64,000 bases of DNA from Callorhinchus milii. Its lineage: Eukaryota. The notes below the pieces were generated by a model, which was not told the origin of the DNA, did not search any database, and saw only the letters and a program-made list of their open reading frames with translations. Location of the stretch: assembly GCF_018977255.1 (NCBI RefSeq), contig NW_024704743.1, positions 52,144,001 through 52,208,000 on the forward strand. Direction: 5' to 3'. Both the position numbers and the translations under genes were made by a program. Numbering within the stretch: the first letter of the stretch is position 1; each line of letters opens with the position of its first letter. Of this stretch, positions 35,701 through 49,847 are shown piece after piece.

Positions 35701-37929
35701 TTATTTATTGCTTTTGTTAAGATACTAAGATAGAAAGGAATGAAGCTATGAAGGTGACAAAATTGTGCAAACCTTTATTTTGTAAATTTGCTTTCTAAGC
35801 AGGTATCTGTTATCTTCTTCAACATGCAAAGGACCAGTAAACATTAAAACAGCAATAAGACAATTGGATATATGAATAGTTCCAAAACTTGACTCGGTTC
35901 CCTCTAAAGCAAGGGATGGAATAGGATGAAAACTGAATTTGCTAGGCTGTTGACCTTTCAGCAGAAATCTCATAGCACATATGCAGTTAGCAGAAACATT
36001 TTCTTTAATAATGATCATGAAATGGGATAGTGCTGAAAATTAACATGAGTTTCAAATGAATGACACTGAGTGTTTGTAAAGGGCAAGACACACAGGCTGC
36101 TTCCTGAAGTGCAAGTTATAGAAGATTTTCAGTGCTAGTTGACCAAGCAGCTAACTGTTGATAATAGTCAGAAAATGTTCACGTTGATTAAAAGAAAACA
36201 ATATGCATCTAATGGCATTCACTCATGACATGATATTTATTACAAATAACACTGTAACTGCAATCCTAACAATGAATCATTGTTTTATGTGTAATAATTA
36301 TTATGTTACTGGAAAACTGGATAATTTAGATGCAGGTAAATAATTTAACTTGAGTGCAGAATGAGTAGTAAAATAACATGTCCAAAAATTGAGATTTTAA
36401 TGAATTTTACTAAAGTCCGGGATAAGTGAAATAGATTTCCAGTGACACTAGTTAAATATATCCATCAATAGAATTAAAAAGAACTCAATAAATAAAAGTT
36501 TAGGAATGTGCACTTGAGTTTTAAGGACCACTACAGTTATTTTTCTTAGTGAGCTAGTTCCATGCTTCATAGATCTTCTGGTCCTCCATAGTACCATTTT
36601 ATCTCAATCTGTAATTGTCCTTATATTCTATTGGTGAGGGGAAAACTTCTCTATTTTCATTGAGTGTATGCAGATCTCTGTGTGTGAAGGGAGGGAGATC
36701 TCTATAGTTAGGAAGCTGTGAGGGGGATACCTCTCTACAGAGTGGTGGGGGAGAAACATCTGTATTTTGTTTGTGTGGTGGGGTGGCTCTTTGTAGTGGA
36801 GGGCAGTGGTTGCAGGCCTCTCCACTTTCTGATTTCTCTGAACGTCTGGAGATCACAGAAGACATTCTGGGTTGGGTAGCTGCAAAGCTCTGTATGTTTG
36901 CTTTTTCTTTAATGAATTGAAGCAGTAAAGTCTTAGTTACAGAACTGCAAAGGCAATGAACCAAAGTAATTAAACAGTTTTGACATAGATGGACGCTTAT
37001 TTTTGGAACGGTCTGGGTGAAGTTAAGGTTAGCTTATGGAATACTATAGGGTCTCAGAAATTCTACTTAAAAAAATAAAATTTTAATGAAAAGTAAACTA
37101 CAGCAGAGCTGTCAAATTCCTGACATGCATTTCAATGAGATTATACAGTTAGAGAGTCAAACTGCCAACCTTTTACAATTCTCGGTGCTGTGTTAAAACT
37201 ACTTTTGCAATATTTTATCACAATTAAATTGTTGAATGTTACACCTTAAAATTACACAGTGTATACATTGTATCAAATCCTACAAGTTCCCTGTGGTTCA
37301 ATGTGAATACAGTAAATGGTGACATCAAAATACTATTACTCAATTTGGGTTAGAAAACTCAATATTGAGCTTTGATTAAAAGATATCAGAAATGAAAGAG
37401 TTTTAGATGATCACAGCTGACCCCCTGTTGTTTTTGTTGCTTCTTTTATATCTGATGTTAAATAATTCTAGTTAAGTACATAATATATCCTGACAAACAA
37501 TCCTCCACATTAATTGGCTATTCACCTTATAGGCATTGTGAGACTTTGCTGACTCCCTGTTTACTGACAACAAAAAAACACTACATTTAATGGCAGTTTC
37601 TCCTGAAGCACTTTAAGATGTAATCAATGCTATAAAAATGTAAGTATTTTCTAGGTATAAACTAAATTTAAACATCAAACAGCTACACCATGCAGATAAA
37701 ACAAGAACATTTAGGAATCAGAAAAGGCCATTTTGTCTATCTGGCCCTTCTCATATTATGCACAGACTGCTCTGGCATGGAAATTACTCAATGATTTTCA
37801 TCTCATGATGAAAGTTTGATATAGTTTCTCTCTGTCATCCAAATATTATATCCAGTGAAATTTTGGATTGTCTATCTTGCCTTCCACTCCATAACATTCT
37901 TCTTTGACCAATTAGGATACAATTTACAA

Positions 37930-38480
37930 TTATATAATGGCTTTCATGACGGGAGGACATCTCAGCTGGAGTATTGTGTGTAGTTCTGGATATCCCATAA
38001 CATATAGCGTACAAGGGAGTCATAGAGAGATAATAGTTTATATTCACTAGAATTATACAAGGGAAGAGAAGTATAAAGTCATTATAAAAAGCTTAATATC
38101 TGCGGCTGCATTGCCTGGAGCAGACAAGGTTAACAGGATAGCTAATATACAAACAGTGTACTAAATGATGAAAGATTTTAAATGGTAAATAATAAAGGAT
38201 AATTTCCACTGGTTGGTGAATCATCATAAGATTTCACAAACTCAGGATTGTTAGACTGTGGAATATTTTAACTCTATGGCTGTTGAAATAGAATCAAATA
38301 GAATTTTAAAAAATTTATTTTTAAAGTGAATTAGATATGCACAAAAGTTAAAGATGCGAAATGGTATTGGGAAAGAACAGAAAAATGGGAATAGAGTAGA
38401 AAGCTCCTGAAGGGAGCTTGCACATTACAGACCTAGTGAGTTTAATGGCCTCCTTCCGTCATGAAATGTTTATGTTTCTT
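37930..38480 (+). mobile_element. Degenerate CR1 3' fragment
   Basis: cagctggagtattgtgtgtagttctgg (QLEYCV*FW) and tail aatggcctccttccgtc. Confidence 0.7.
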
Positions 38481-38869
38481 TGAGATACTGCGTGTGATAC
38501 TTTTGCTTGGTTTGTCCGCATGGATTAATTTCTTAGACATTAACAACACTGCTTATGGTTACAGTAGAATGCCTGATATCTGCATGATAATCTACCACAT
38601 GTCTGTTCAACCACAAGAAGACTGAAATCCCAGAGGAAAACCATGCGCCTGTCACACATACACATTAAGATGGCATTGACGCTTCTTGTTTTGAGTGTTG
38701 CAGCACACAGCACATGTAATGTAGGAGTAATTGGGTCAAAAATATGTAACTAAAAGTATGTAGAGATGCTTATACACCAATTGTTCAGAACAACACCAGC
38801 ATGACATTTTTGAAAAAATGCTATTCATTAAACTTCTATTGAATCTTGTGTGCCACAATCCTATTCATA

Positions 38870-39135
38870 CAACAACTTACATTTATAGATTGCCCTTCAC
38901 AGAGGATAGCAACTTGGAGTGCTACACAGCAGTGGGGTTAGCTGCCGAGCAAAGGAGAAAGGAGGAGAGAAAAGTGAACATAGGCACGGACAAAGAGGTA
39001 GGTCTTAAAATGGGATTTGAAGATAGTTAAAGAGAGGATGAAATGGAGGGATTCAGGCAGAGATTTCCAAAGTTCAGGGCATATTGACTGAAGGCACAGC
39101 CACCGATGATGGTCTGGAGGGGTTGAGTGATAGAT
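38870..39135 (-). mobile_element. Degenerate L2 3' fragment
   Basis: aacaacttacatttatag...ggtcttaaaatgggatttgaag...agatttccaaagttcaggg...ctgaaggcacagccaccgat. Confidence 0.65.
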
Positions 39136-40459
39136 GAGTGAAGGTTATATACCTAAACTGTTTTTTTCACTTGTAATCACACTTGTAACGTACTGTGTAT
39201 TTAAACACTAGATCCTTCTGATTCTCCAATCCTTGGAGAATGTTATTGTTTAGCGTTTATCTCCATTCCATGCTTCCTTTTTTCAAAATCCCCTCCCACT
39301 TATTTATAGATGTTAAGCTTAATTTGCTACATGCTGTATCTCCACAAACACTAATCTGTCAATGTCTGTCCATCACACTGGGCACAACATAAAAAGAGAA
39401 AAAACAAACTTAAAAAGATAACTGAGAAAAATTGACTTTAATATGCCCTTTGTGATGTATTCCTGAAATGAAAGGCACAATGTAAACATAAATTGTATTG
39501 TAAAAGTCTCAATTTAGGTCTACTAAGCAAGGATTTAAATTCAATTTAATTCTTGGTTAAAAAAAGAGTTATATATATAATCGAAACCATTCCTTTAACA
39601 AGAGTAACCTTTGTTTCTATCTTTGTAGGAACATCAACAATCAGTTCATCGTACCATAATAAATTCCCCTGCTGATTTCATCCATATTTACAGAATATTT
39701 TTATTTTAATATATGGATGTTTTTACTTTATTATAAAGTAACTTCATTACAAAATATTGAATGCCTTAATTTAATTCTGCTCACATTATATGTGTACAAT
39801 AATACTGCAATAGTACTGCACATTGTATTTCAGGAGATGACCTGATAGCCACACTTTTTCCAAAACCACAAGAATTAGTGCCCATCAGTTTGAATATCAA
39901 CTATTCTGATGTATTATCTGCTTGTTGAAAAATCTGATATACCTGTGAGTGAGAAAAGATTGTGTTCCCCACCACCAAATAAAGAGATCTGTACCCAACA
40001 ACCAAATACAGAGAAGTCTGTATCCACTGTCATCAACAACACCATGTTATTGTTCTTAAACCATGATAAAGGCCATTCGGCACATCTGGCACAAATCTCC
40101 TGAGAGGAAGTATTTTTGGTTACTTTATGAACTCTCAAAGGCAATCAGATAAGTCCACCATAAAAAAAATCACTACATAATATTCTCCCTATACTCAGCA
40201 GTGCAAAAATCATTGTGACTTTCGGTTCATCTCAAGTTACAACCATCCCTAAATCCTCCAACACAATTCTCAAGCAGATACTTGTCACATTCTTTTTTTT
40301 CTCTCTGGAGGATTTTCTTTGTTTAAGGACTCAATGTATCCAGCGTTGACCGATTGTGTTTGGAGTTGGTACCACATATTCAGATTGCTGTTATAATCAC
40401 TAAACTATCTGGAGTTCTTTTTATTTCAAATCTAGGCTCTTAGGTTTTCGTCTCACATT

Positions 40460-42390
40460 AAGTCAAATAGCCCGCTAACGTCTAGATCACCCCTACCTTT
40501 CGGCATTTTGCAGACCCAGGATCATGTCCTCACCCAATCTTCATTTTTCTCATAATAGCAAGTCTCAGATCTATGAGCCTCTTATAATTTTGTGCACTAA
40601 CCCCAGAATAGCCCTTGCTGCTCTGCAATCCATCCTCTCCTGCACTTCAATGCTCCTTTGAAAGTTGGAATTCCAGAACCGTGCATATATATTCTAAAAT
40701 GTGGACACAGCAGTGATCTATATAAGGTAAGCTTAATGTGTTTTGACTTGTAGTCAAATGCCCTCAAGATGCAATCTCATTTTGATTAGCTTTATTGATA
40801 CCAGTTTCATATTCTATAGAAGCCTTTAGTCAATGATCAATAATCACTCAAATCCCTTTCCTTAGAATGTATATTAAAATAAGAAACAGTGAGTATGCGA
40901 AACAAGAAGGTTTGTTAATTAGTATTACGAATAGCTGGACAGCCTTTTAGCCATCTATTTAATTAGTCTATGTCTTCTTGTATGATATTTATTCCTTGTA
41001 TATTATTTCCCTGCTTGTTATTATCTGCAAATTTAATAATATTGTGAATGGAAGGATTACAAGAACAGATTTCTGTGGAACTCAACTGGTCACTGTCCCT
41101 GAGATGAAGATTTGTTTCATTTATCGTCACCTATGACTACTTATTGTTAAACAGATTTAAATCCATTTTGTTGAATTGCAATTAATTCCATGAATTCCAT
41201 CATTAAAAGTCTACCTCATGGAGCTTTATCAAATGTTTACTGAAAATCTATGTAAATCCACAAGATAGCCTTCATCCATTAGTTTAGTTACTTTCTTGGA
41301 TATTCCAGTACAATAGCAAAGCTTGACCTATTGTTTGTTAATCCATGATAATTACAATTTACAATAGTTTTGGTTCAGAGATGAGATTTGATAGTATCCT
41401 GTGCAGTGTCTCAAATAGTTTTCATTACAAATGTCAGACCAACTGATCAATAATTTGCAGGCTCATGTTGCACCCTTTTTTGCATGATGAGTAATATTTG
41501 TCTTTATCCAGTCCTCAAATACAACTCCAGTGGTTATGGAGCCCCTAAAATATTTTCTAGTACTTTCCCGATTTTATCTCAAATTTCCTTGAGGAACCCA
41601 GGGGGAATCCTGTCTGATTCAGTTGCCTTGTAGACATTAGTCTTTTGAGTATCTTCATAATACCTGCTATACTAATATCTACTTGTCTTAAAGATCCCAA
41701 ACCATAGAGTCTGACTACAGGCTTCACTTGTGAAACCTGATGTGAAAAATCTGTTCAACACAACACTATCCCAATCTTCTTCCATATAACTTCTTAACTT
41801 ATCTCTTTCAGGACATAACATGTGTCTGCTGTCAACATAGCTGAAACATTTCTTTGCTGTCCACAGTTTGCTTTCGTATTTCCTCTTTTAGTTCCATTTC
41901 TTGTGGTTATTCTCAAATACCTTTCATTGTGAATTCTAGTCTTCATTAGTTTCTCTTTTCTTGTATCTTTTAACTACTTCTATTTTGATTTTGGATTTAT
42001 TCTGATCTCTTTATTTAGGATATTTGGTTTTCTTATTTTCTCTTTTCTCTTGTTGGAACATGTTTTTGCTGCTATCTTAAAATGATCTTAAAATATTTGC
42101 ACGCTTCCCACTTAATCTTCCATAAAACACTTCTCATCACTATATTTCTTAAATCATGTACCTCTTAACTTTTAATAAACTATCAATTCTATTTTATACA
42201 ATGATCAATTGAGGTTGTGTTAATCCACTTTCAAGATGCTAAACAGCTCAGGTGGATTGTTAAACACTAAATCTAATACCGTATCTTTTCTTTGCTTCAA
42301 ATGTTGGGACAAGAAGACATTGATTATATCCATCCAATTCCTTGAATATTAATTCCTCTATTCTGCTTGCACCCGAGCTTTACATCTGGA
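40460..42390 (-). mobile_element. Long, highly decayed CR1 LINE
   Basis: Reverse of 41181-41222 reads WIYIDFQ*TFDKA (cf. CR1 RT motif YLDFQKAFDKV); ttatctgcaaatt at ~41021 gives KFADN (cf. FADD); ccagaaccgtgcatatatattctaaa corresponds to LEYC.QFW. Confidence 0.75.
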
Positions 42391-44045
42391 AAATTGAAAT
42401 CTACAATAATTGTCACATTACATTTCCTGCAGGTTATCTTACCTGTTTGAATGGCTCTGAATTTGTTCAGCCTAAGTTGCCGGTAGATAACAATTACCAT
42501 TTACTATCTTGTTGCCCCCATTATTAATATTTCCCCCCATATTACTTCAGTCATGTCTCATGTTGTTAGATCCTGCTTTACCATTCCTTCGCCCAGCTTC
42601 ACATATCTATCGTTGTGAAGCATTTTCTAACCTGTTAGCCCCATCTCATGGCCACCTTGTACCTTGAGCCATGTTGTCATTAAAATAAACATTTGATCTT
42701 ATCTTACACAGGACATTCTCTCCCTCTGTTAATCCTTCTGTTATATATTTTTTATTCACTTGACCCTGAATCCCAACTTTTTCTCTCACCTTGTTATTAT
42801 CCATGGATCATATCTATCAAAGCATTACCCACCTCTTTATCTTACGTTTAAATGAAATCCAATTGTCAGGTGTATGCTTTGTGCTTGTTGTATATGTTTT
42901 ATGTTTTCTCTTGTTCGTTCCCTGTCACATTCAATGCAGTCCATAATTAAAACTTTAGAGTTTGTAAAAACTGTAAAAAAAAGCTTGCAAATGTTATGTA
43001 AGTTATCCATAAACTCAAATTCTTCCACCAGACCATTAACCTAACCATGTATTAAGAGAAGAATCATTTCATTCTTTTTGTGTGCCTCAATAATACTGAC
43101 AACAATACATATAGTACCAGTTTTGCACTCTTTCCCTTAAATTGTCCCGGAACCGATACATTTTCTCTTGAATTACTCATACCTATCTGTTTTATTCTTT
43201 GCATCAACATGTAATAACACAATTGAATTAACTTCCATTGCTCTCCTTAGCTCACCAATATTATTAATTGCTTCTTTCCATTGTGATTAATGCAATCGCT
43301 ACAAAAATCACTACCCAAATATTATTCATATTAATTAATACCTTACTATTGAGGTGCCCCTATTACAATGGTTTATCCCACATCAAACTCATCCCTTGTT
43401 ACATTTAGCCTTGGGTCATGGTCTCTGCATTTATCATAGCTTGATCCACAAAGGAATCCAGTACTTTGTACCTGCCTGTTGTTGCACAGCATAGTCTTTG
43501 ATGGATACATTTGTTGATGTGATTGTAAGCAGCTTAGTTTCTTCCAGCGTGCCTTCAAGCGCTTCAATGCTATTGTATACTTCTACCAGCCACCAGTTAA
43601 GCATTTACATCTGGATCTTACAAGTTCTAGGACATCTCTAATTCAGCCTCTTCCTCTCCTTGGCATAAGTCAAGCGATAGAGAAATCGATCTGCAGAAGT
43701 TACTGTTCACTTTATGCTCAGGACCATTTGTGATGTGACTGCTTTTTTGTTAGTAATGTTACCTAACAGTGTTGTGTAAAACTACATTTGTAGGTCAATC
43801 TTTAATTTTTAAACTAAAAACAAAAATATGTATCTGATAATAATTTTCTTCAGTAGGTTTTGAATGGCCAATACAGTAAGTAAGAACTTTGTCCCCCTGA
43901 TTCCTCCAGATTGTATGGTATTCCCAATTTATCAAGTTTTTCCCTTAATGATTCAGAGGTCTTTTTGCCAAGCCCTGTCCTTTGCCATTCTTTATTCAGT
44001 TACTATTCCCTTTAAACCATACTATATTTATTATCAATCTTTCTG

Positions 44046-45363
44046 ACAACAACAACAACAACATTACATTTGTATAGCGTCTTTCACGTCGGAAAAATGT
44101 CCCAAAGTGCTGGACAATCAATGTTTTGGACCCGAACTGGGGGTCAGAATTGGGGAGTTTGGAGGGCAGGGGGGAAAGGAAGGTGACCAAAGTCTTGGTT
44201 GAAGAGAAGGGTCTTGAGATGGATCTTGAAGGAGGCAAGGGAGGGGCGACGCAGAGGGACTGCAGAATGGAGTTCCAAAGGATGGGGGCAGAGTGGCAGA
44301 AGGTCCGCCCACCAAAGGTGGCATAGGCGAGACAGGGGACATGAAGCAGGCCAGAGCCTGCTGAGCAGGGGGAGCAGGCAGATTGGTAGGGGTTAGAAGG
44401 TCGTAGAGGTAGCGGGGAGCAAGACCATGGAGGGCTTTGAAGGTGAGGACCAGGATCTTGAACTGTATCCTCTGAGTGATGGGAAGCCAGTGGAGTCTGG
44501 CAAGGATGGGGGTGATGAGGTCACAGAGACTGGTGCGGGAGAGGACATGGGCTGCAGAGTTTTGGATGATCTGCAGCCTATGGAGGGAGGAGTTGGAAAG
44601 GCCAATGAGCAGGGAGTTTGCGTAATCAAGCTTGGATGTTATGAATGCGTGTTTGAGGGTCTCAACGGCCTGTGCTGTGACACAGGGTGGAGCCAGGCAA
44701 TGTTACGGAGGTGGGGGAAGGTAGAGCAGGACATGGCATGGATGTGGGGTAGAAAGGATAGCTGAGGGTCAAACAAGAGGCAAAGCTTCCAGACTGGTTT
44801 AGTGAGGTGGAGTGTGCAACCATGGATGGTGATGCTGTCAGTGCCTGAGGTGTGGAGGCGCTGACGGGAACCAATCAGGAGAGCCTCAGTCTTGTTGACG
44901 TTCAACTGTAGAAAGTTAGCTCTCATCCAGGACTTGATGTCTGACAGACATTCTGTCAGGACACCAGTAGTCTTTGAGTCGAGGGTGGAGTCAGAGAAAT
45001 AGCGTTGGGTGTCATCTGCATACATGTGGAAATTGACCCCATGTCTGCAGATGATGTCACCAAGAGGGAGCGTATAGATATTGAAAAGGAGGGGACTAAG
45101 GACAGAGCTCTGAGGAACTTTGCACGAGACAGTGCGGGGGCTAGAGGAGAGGCCGTTTGCAGAGATGAAGTGAAGACGGTGTGAGAGGTACGATCTGAAC
45201 CATTTATGGACAGAACCATGAAGTTGAAGTGAGAGGACAGGTGGTGGAGGAGTGGTCAATGGTATCAAAGGCAGCAGAGAGGTCAAGGAAGACGAAGAAG
45301 CAGAGGGAGCCCTGGTCGCAGATGGATAAAATGTCATTTGTCACTTTGACGAAAGCTGTTTCT
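44046..45363 (-). mobile_element. L2-clade LINE, 5'-truncated, with reverse transcriptase remnant
   Basis: Minus strand gives ETAFVKVTNDIL...FLDLSAAFDTIDH, then (frameshifted) WFRSYLSHR...VPQSSVLSPLLFNIYTLPLGDII...HMYADDTQ (YADD at 45011-45022)...WMRANFLQLNVNKTE; (TTG)n tail at 44046. Confidence 0.95.
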
Positions 45364-45451
45364 GACTTATTTTGATTGCATTTTTATCACAGTTGGATTT
45401 ACAAAATGTAGCACTTATACTTACCCCTGAAAGATCTTCACTCATTTCATA

Positions 45452-45566
45452 TTTCACCCACAAAATGTAGAGCCAATTTGCTTTACAGTATATTCTGTGA
45501 AGCACTTTGAGATGTCTCGAAGACGTGATGAGGTGCTATATCAAATGCAAGGATTATTATTATTAT
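45452..45566 (+). mobile_element. SINE 3' fragment
   Basis: tttcacccacaaaat...ctttacagtatattctgtgaagcactttgagatgtc...tatatcaaatgcaaggattattatt. Confidence 0.8.
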
Positions 45567-45711
45567 CTCCTCAAATAGGTGAGATCTGAACCCACTATCA
45601 CCAAATCTGAAAAGATCTGCACCCACTCTGGGAAAACAGTGAACCCACTCACTTCCCCCCCCAATAGAGAAAGCAACACCCATCCTATAAATATAATCCT
45701 ATAAGTATTAA

Positions 45712-45898
45712 AAACAAATTTGGTCACTCAATGCACGGACTGGTTGTGGGATACTGCTGTGTGTAATTGGCTGCCGTGTTTCATCCACAAAATATACAGT
45801 CAATTCACTTTACAGTATATTCCGAGAAGAGCTTTGAGACGTCCCAAAGACATGACAAGGCACTATATCAACTGCAAGGATTATTATTAGATTATTAT
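45712..45898 (+). mobile_element. SINE 3' half
   Basis: ttggtcactcaat...gtgggatactgctgtgtgtaattggctgccg...caaggattattatt. Confidence 0.85.
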
Positions 45899-47341
45899 GA
45901 GATCCAGATGAGCCTAGTTATCCCCTTTCTCAATCACATCAAATCAAGAACACATTAAAAGCTCAGCATTAACCGTGTCCTAAGGAACCTATCACGTGGG
46001 CAACTTAATCAGGTCAACCACTTAACTCTGTCTTACCTTTTTCAAGTTGCAGCCAAAAGATTTATAGGAAGGTACAAAATAAACACATCAACAGCCTGCA
46101 TTTCTGGAGTGAAAATAATAACCAAAGTAACATGGGGATGTGCCTCACTCTATGCTGCATGTAACACAAAAGGCACAATTAACATTTAAGTCGTACTTTT
46201 AGCCTTTTGAAAAAAATAATAAATGCAATTATAATTATATGAAAAGTTTTCAAAGCCATCACATTATCGTTCGGGGCCTTTGAAGGTATATCACGATCTT
46301 ACATTTTGCTTTCTAACCAATTACCTGAATTTCCCTCCAACTTATTGCAAATGTGACCTTTCGTTCCAATTTGATTGCAAGATCCTGGTGTGTGTACACT
46401 ATCTCTGTGTCTTAGAGGCTGGTCATTCTCTTCTCCTGTGATGGCTGCTATTAATGTTAATACACTCTGACGGTTGGAGCCTAAATAAGTGTTTCTGACA
46501 TAATACAGAAGCTTTTGGAGGTGGATAAACGGGCAGATGGTTTAATGAGGCGAGTTCAACCAGCCGAGGCCACGCGAATGACAGCCAGGCAACTTCACTC
46601 AAAGCTTTTCACAGGAAGAAAAGATTCCAGTTTGACTAATGCTAAGAGTCCTCTCTTGTCTTTTTTTTGTAGTCCACATACATCAATGGATTAAATTAGG
46701 GGGTTGAATTGAACTATTATTGAAAAACAGCTTACAATGATACATCTCTGAATGCTAATTTGGTGTCAATTTCATAAGAATTTAATTCCCTACATCACCA
46801 CCACCAAAGCAATCATTAAAGTTGCACATTTGGATTTTGTAGCTAGGTCTAAAGTGTATTAGATTGGAACAAAAAGTGCATTGATCAGTGTTGATGTTAA
46901 GTTTATAATAGCCTGCAACTCACCTAATGTGCAGGACCCTTAGCTTGCCATTGCTGAATTTAAATTGTACAAAATTGTGGTTTTGATTCATCATCAGTGT
47001 AAGCTTTAGGCCTGAGGGCTCCACAAATTCCTGCACAGCAATGCAATCCTCTTCCTCACTCGAGAAGAGGCTATTGTACAAAACTATCAGTTTACACCAA
47101 CGCCTGAGTGCAGAGCATTTGCCATGCTCACCCTGTGCACTGAAAGTTATCACTGTGAGATTTAATAAAACAACCAGGATTATTATGAATTTAAGCTAAA
47201 ATGTACCAGGCTTCCCAATGTCAGCCCCTGCCCCCACCCCCATCCCCACCAAAAATGTATTGAATTCAGTATTGCCCAAACCTTCTGTAACAACAGTCAG
47301 CAAAATCAGCCTTCAAGCTGGTAAGAAATACAACAGGGCAT

Positions 47342-47632
47342 ACAACAACAACAACAACAAGAACTTGCACTTATATAGCCCTCCACGTATGGTAGCATCT
47401 CAGAGCTCTTAAAGGTGGCAGAGCCTGACCCTGAGCCGGGGGAAGGGCTGAGGTGGCCGTAATCACGGTCAAAGAGGAAGGTTTTCAGCCGGGACTTGAA
47501 AAAGGGGAGAGAGGGGGCAAGGCGGAGGGATTGAGGGAGAGTATTCCAGAGTTTCGGGGCATAGTGGCTGAAAGCGCAACCTCCGATGGTGGGGCGGAGG
47601 GTGTGAGGGATAAGCAGGAGGCCGGTGCCAGG
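47342..47632 (-). mobile_element. L2 3' fragment
   Basis: Minus ORF LLLIPHTLRPTIGGCAFSHYAPKLWNTLPQSLRLAPSLPFFKSRLKTFLF is a canonical L2 ORF2 C-terminus; (TTG)n tail. Confidence 0.9.
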
Positions 47633-49129
47633 CATGGATTTCTTTCTCAATTTCAATACAAAACTGACCTATCTTCCTGGTATCTCTATGCATTTATAAA
47701 ATACAGCATAAACATGCTGTGTTATTGTAGTTCTCTGTAATATGTAACCCTACAGTTCACTATCTTAAAACACAATTTTAAATATTTGCAAATTCAGTGC
47801 TATCCTTAAAATTAACAATGAGGTATATAAATCCTGAGTTGGCTTCTGCATATTAAAGTTTGTTGTTAATTGTTTTAATATAATATACTTACTCTGTCAG
47901 ACGGTGATGGAGGCTGGGACTGCCATCTAATAAAGGAGTCACGCTTTAGATTTCACTTTGTGTCAGACGCCACACAAAGTTTGTTTGAAATATTTGTAAA
48001 ACACAGTAGATAGGAGATCATTACTGAAAACATTGCTTGCAGTGGTGGTTAAGGTGGACGAATTTCCTATATTTAAAATTCATGTGCAAAGTTGCATTTT
48101 CCAGTTAAATATACTGTAAAAAAATCAGTAAAAGCTTTCCACAAATACTTTTAAAAAAGTGAAATAAAGAAGAAAATTGGGAATGGTTTGAAATTAATTT
48201 CATCCTAATGTGAAATAATACACGAGTTTTCAGAACCAAGAACTGGTTTCAGGTCCACGCAATCTCAGTCATTATAACACAGAACTAATTATAGTTTAGT
48301 AAATCTCCTACTGGTAACCAGTTTGTCAAAACAAGTCAAAACAAAAGTGCAGTAATCCCTCTCTAAATATGTGTGCAGGCATGTACAAAATATTTAGAGA
48401 AAGGAAAGCTTGCTCAGATAAGCAAAGACAGACAAGCGGACAGATAAATGGACTGGTAGTGGACAGAAAGTCAGTCAATGGGTTTTATGTCAACAAACAA
48501 TTGTTTATTGTTAATCTGAAGATTCTCTCTCTCTCTATCTCGCTCTCTTGTCTGTTTCCTGGACCAACAGCGCCCCCTTTCTGCTAAAGTGTCTCAATGT
48601 TACCCAGCAGCTTGGAACTGACTCAACCCACACAACTGATGGTTTGACAAAATGGCATCAGTTTATCACAAGTTGCTGAGCCTGCAGTGACTGATAATGT
48701 GAGGCAAAGTGTGGTGCACTGTGGTGAAACTACGAGTGGCACTGAATAGGTTTGTCACGTTTGCATCATTTTTATTCTGCTGCTTGTAACTCTTAAACGT
48801 AGAAATAAATAAATAAATAATTAGATAGATATAAACTGGTAGCAAAGATAATCCAAAGCATTTTCCACAAAAATCCCCTTTTGGCTAATAGTTTTTTTTA
48901 AAAAAAAGATCCTACCCCCAACTGTCCTGTAATAATGCAAACACACATTGCAAAAATCTGGGGTCAAGTCAGTGGTGCTTAATGATAAACCAAAAAACAA
49001 ATCACAAGGTCTGTTAAAGTCCCATTTAATCGTATAGAATACCAACTCTACTATTTTCCCATTACAACATCAAGCTTGTTTTTAAAGTCCAGATCTGACC
49101 ACATTGCACATTATTTGTATTGTGTCAGC

Positions 49130-49375
49130 CTGGTGCAGTGTAGCTCTCGCCACTGAGTCAGAAGGTTGTGAGTTCAAGATGTTAAATCAAGATCTCATCT
49201 GTCTGTTCAGGTGGATGTGAAAGATCCCATGGCACTATTCGAAAAGGGAAGATTGCCCCTCCCCAAAAAAACTCCACAACTGATGGCCCCGTTTCACCCA
49301 CAAAATAAGCGCTTTTGAGATGCTTCAATGACATGATATGGCGCAATATCAAATGCAAGGATTATTATTATCATT
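49130..49375 (+). mobile_element. Deu-type SINE remnant joined to a SINE tail
   Basis: ctgagtcagaaggttgtgagttcaag...tctgtctgttcaggtggatgtgaaagatcccatggcactattcgaa. Confidence 0.7.
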
Positions 49376-49479
49376 GAATTTCTTGTCAATGATCAGCCTA
49401 GTTGCATTCCCTGTCAGGCTCTTTGTAGGATCTTGACTGTCTTCTCTGAGTCAGTGTTCACCTGTAACTTGATGATATC

Positions 49480-49845
49480 CACAAATGTAACCTTGGACTC
49501 TGAGCTCTCAGTGACTTGGATTTAGTTCATTGCTCTCCTCCTCCACTACCTCTTCCCCAGGATGCCAAAATCCTCAATCATCCAAGTCGTGACCAGGCTT
49601 GGCTTTTCAAATGCTCTACTCGCCGGACTCACCAGCCCTCTCTACACAAGCAGCAGATTATCCAAAACTCTGCAGCTCATGTCTTCTCCCACACCAGGCT
49701 ATCACCCCATTCTCTTCTATTCAACCACTCTTTCAGTCACCTCCGCACCACCTCCTTCCTTAACTATACCCGTCCCCCGCTTGGGCTCCTGTCAGCTGTG
49801 TGAAGCATTTTGAGAAATTCTTCCAATGTGAAGAGTACTACAGTA
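49480..49845 (+). mobile_element. Degenerate L2 fragment
   Basis: Reads DAKILNH...SRLGFSNALLAGL...QQIIQNSAAHVFSHTR across frames (L2 ORF2 C-terminal region). Confidence 0.7.
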
Positions 49846-49847
49846 TA

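Noticed and set aside
44639..45337. Functional reverse transcriptase gene
   Set aside because: 5'-truncated, frameshifted L2 remnant with a degenerate PQGS motif.
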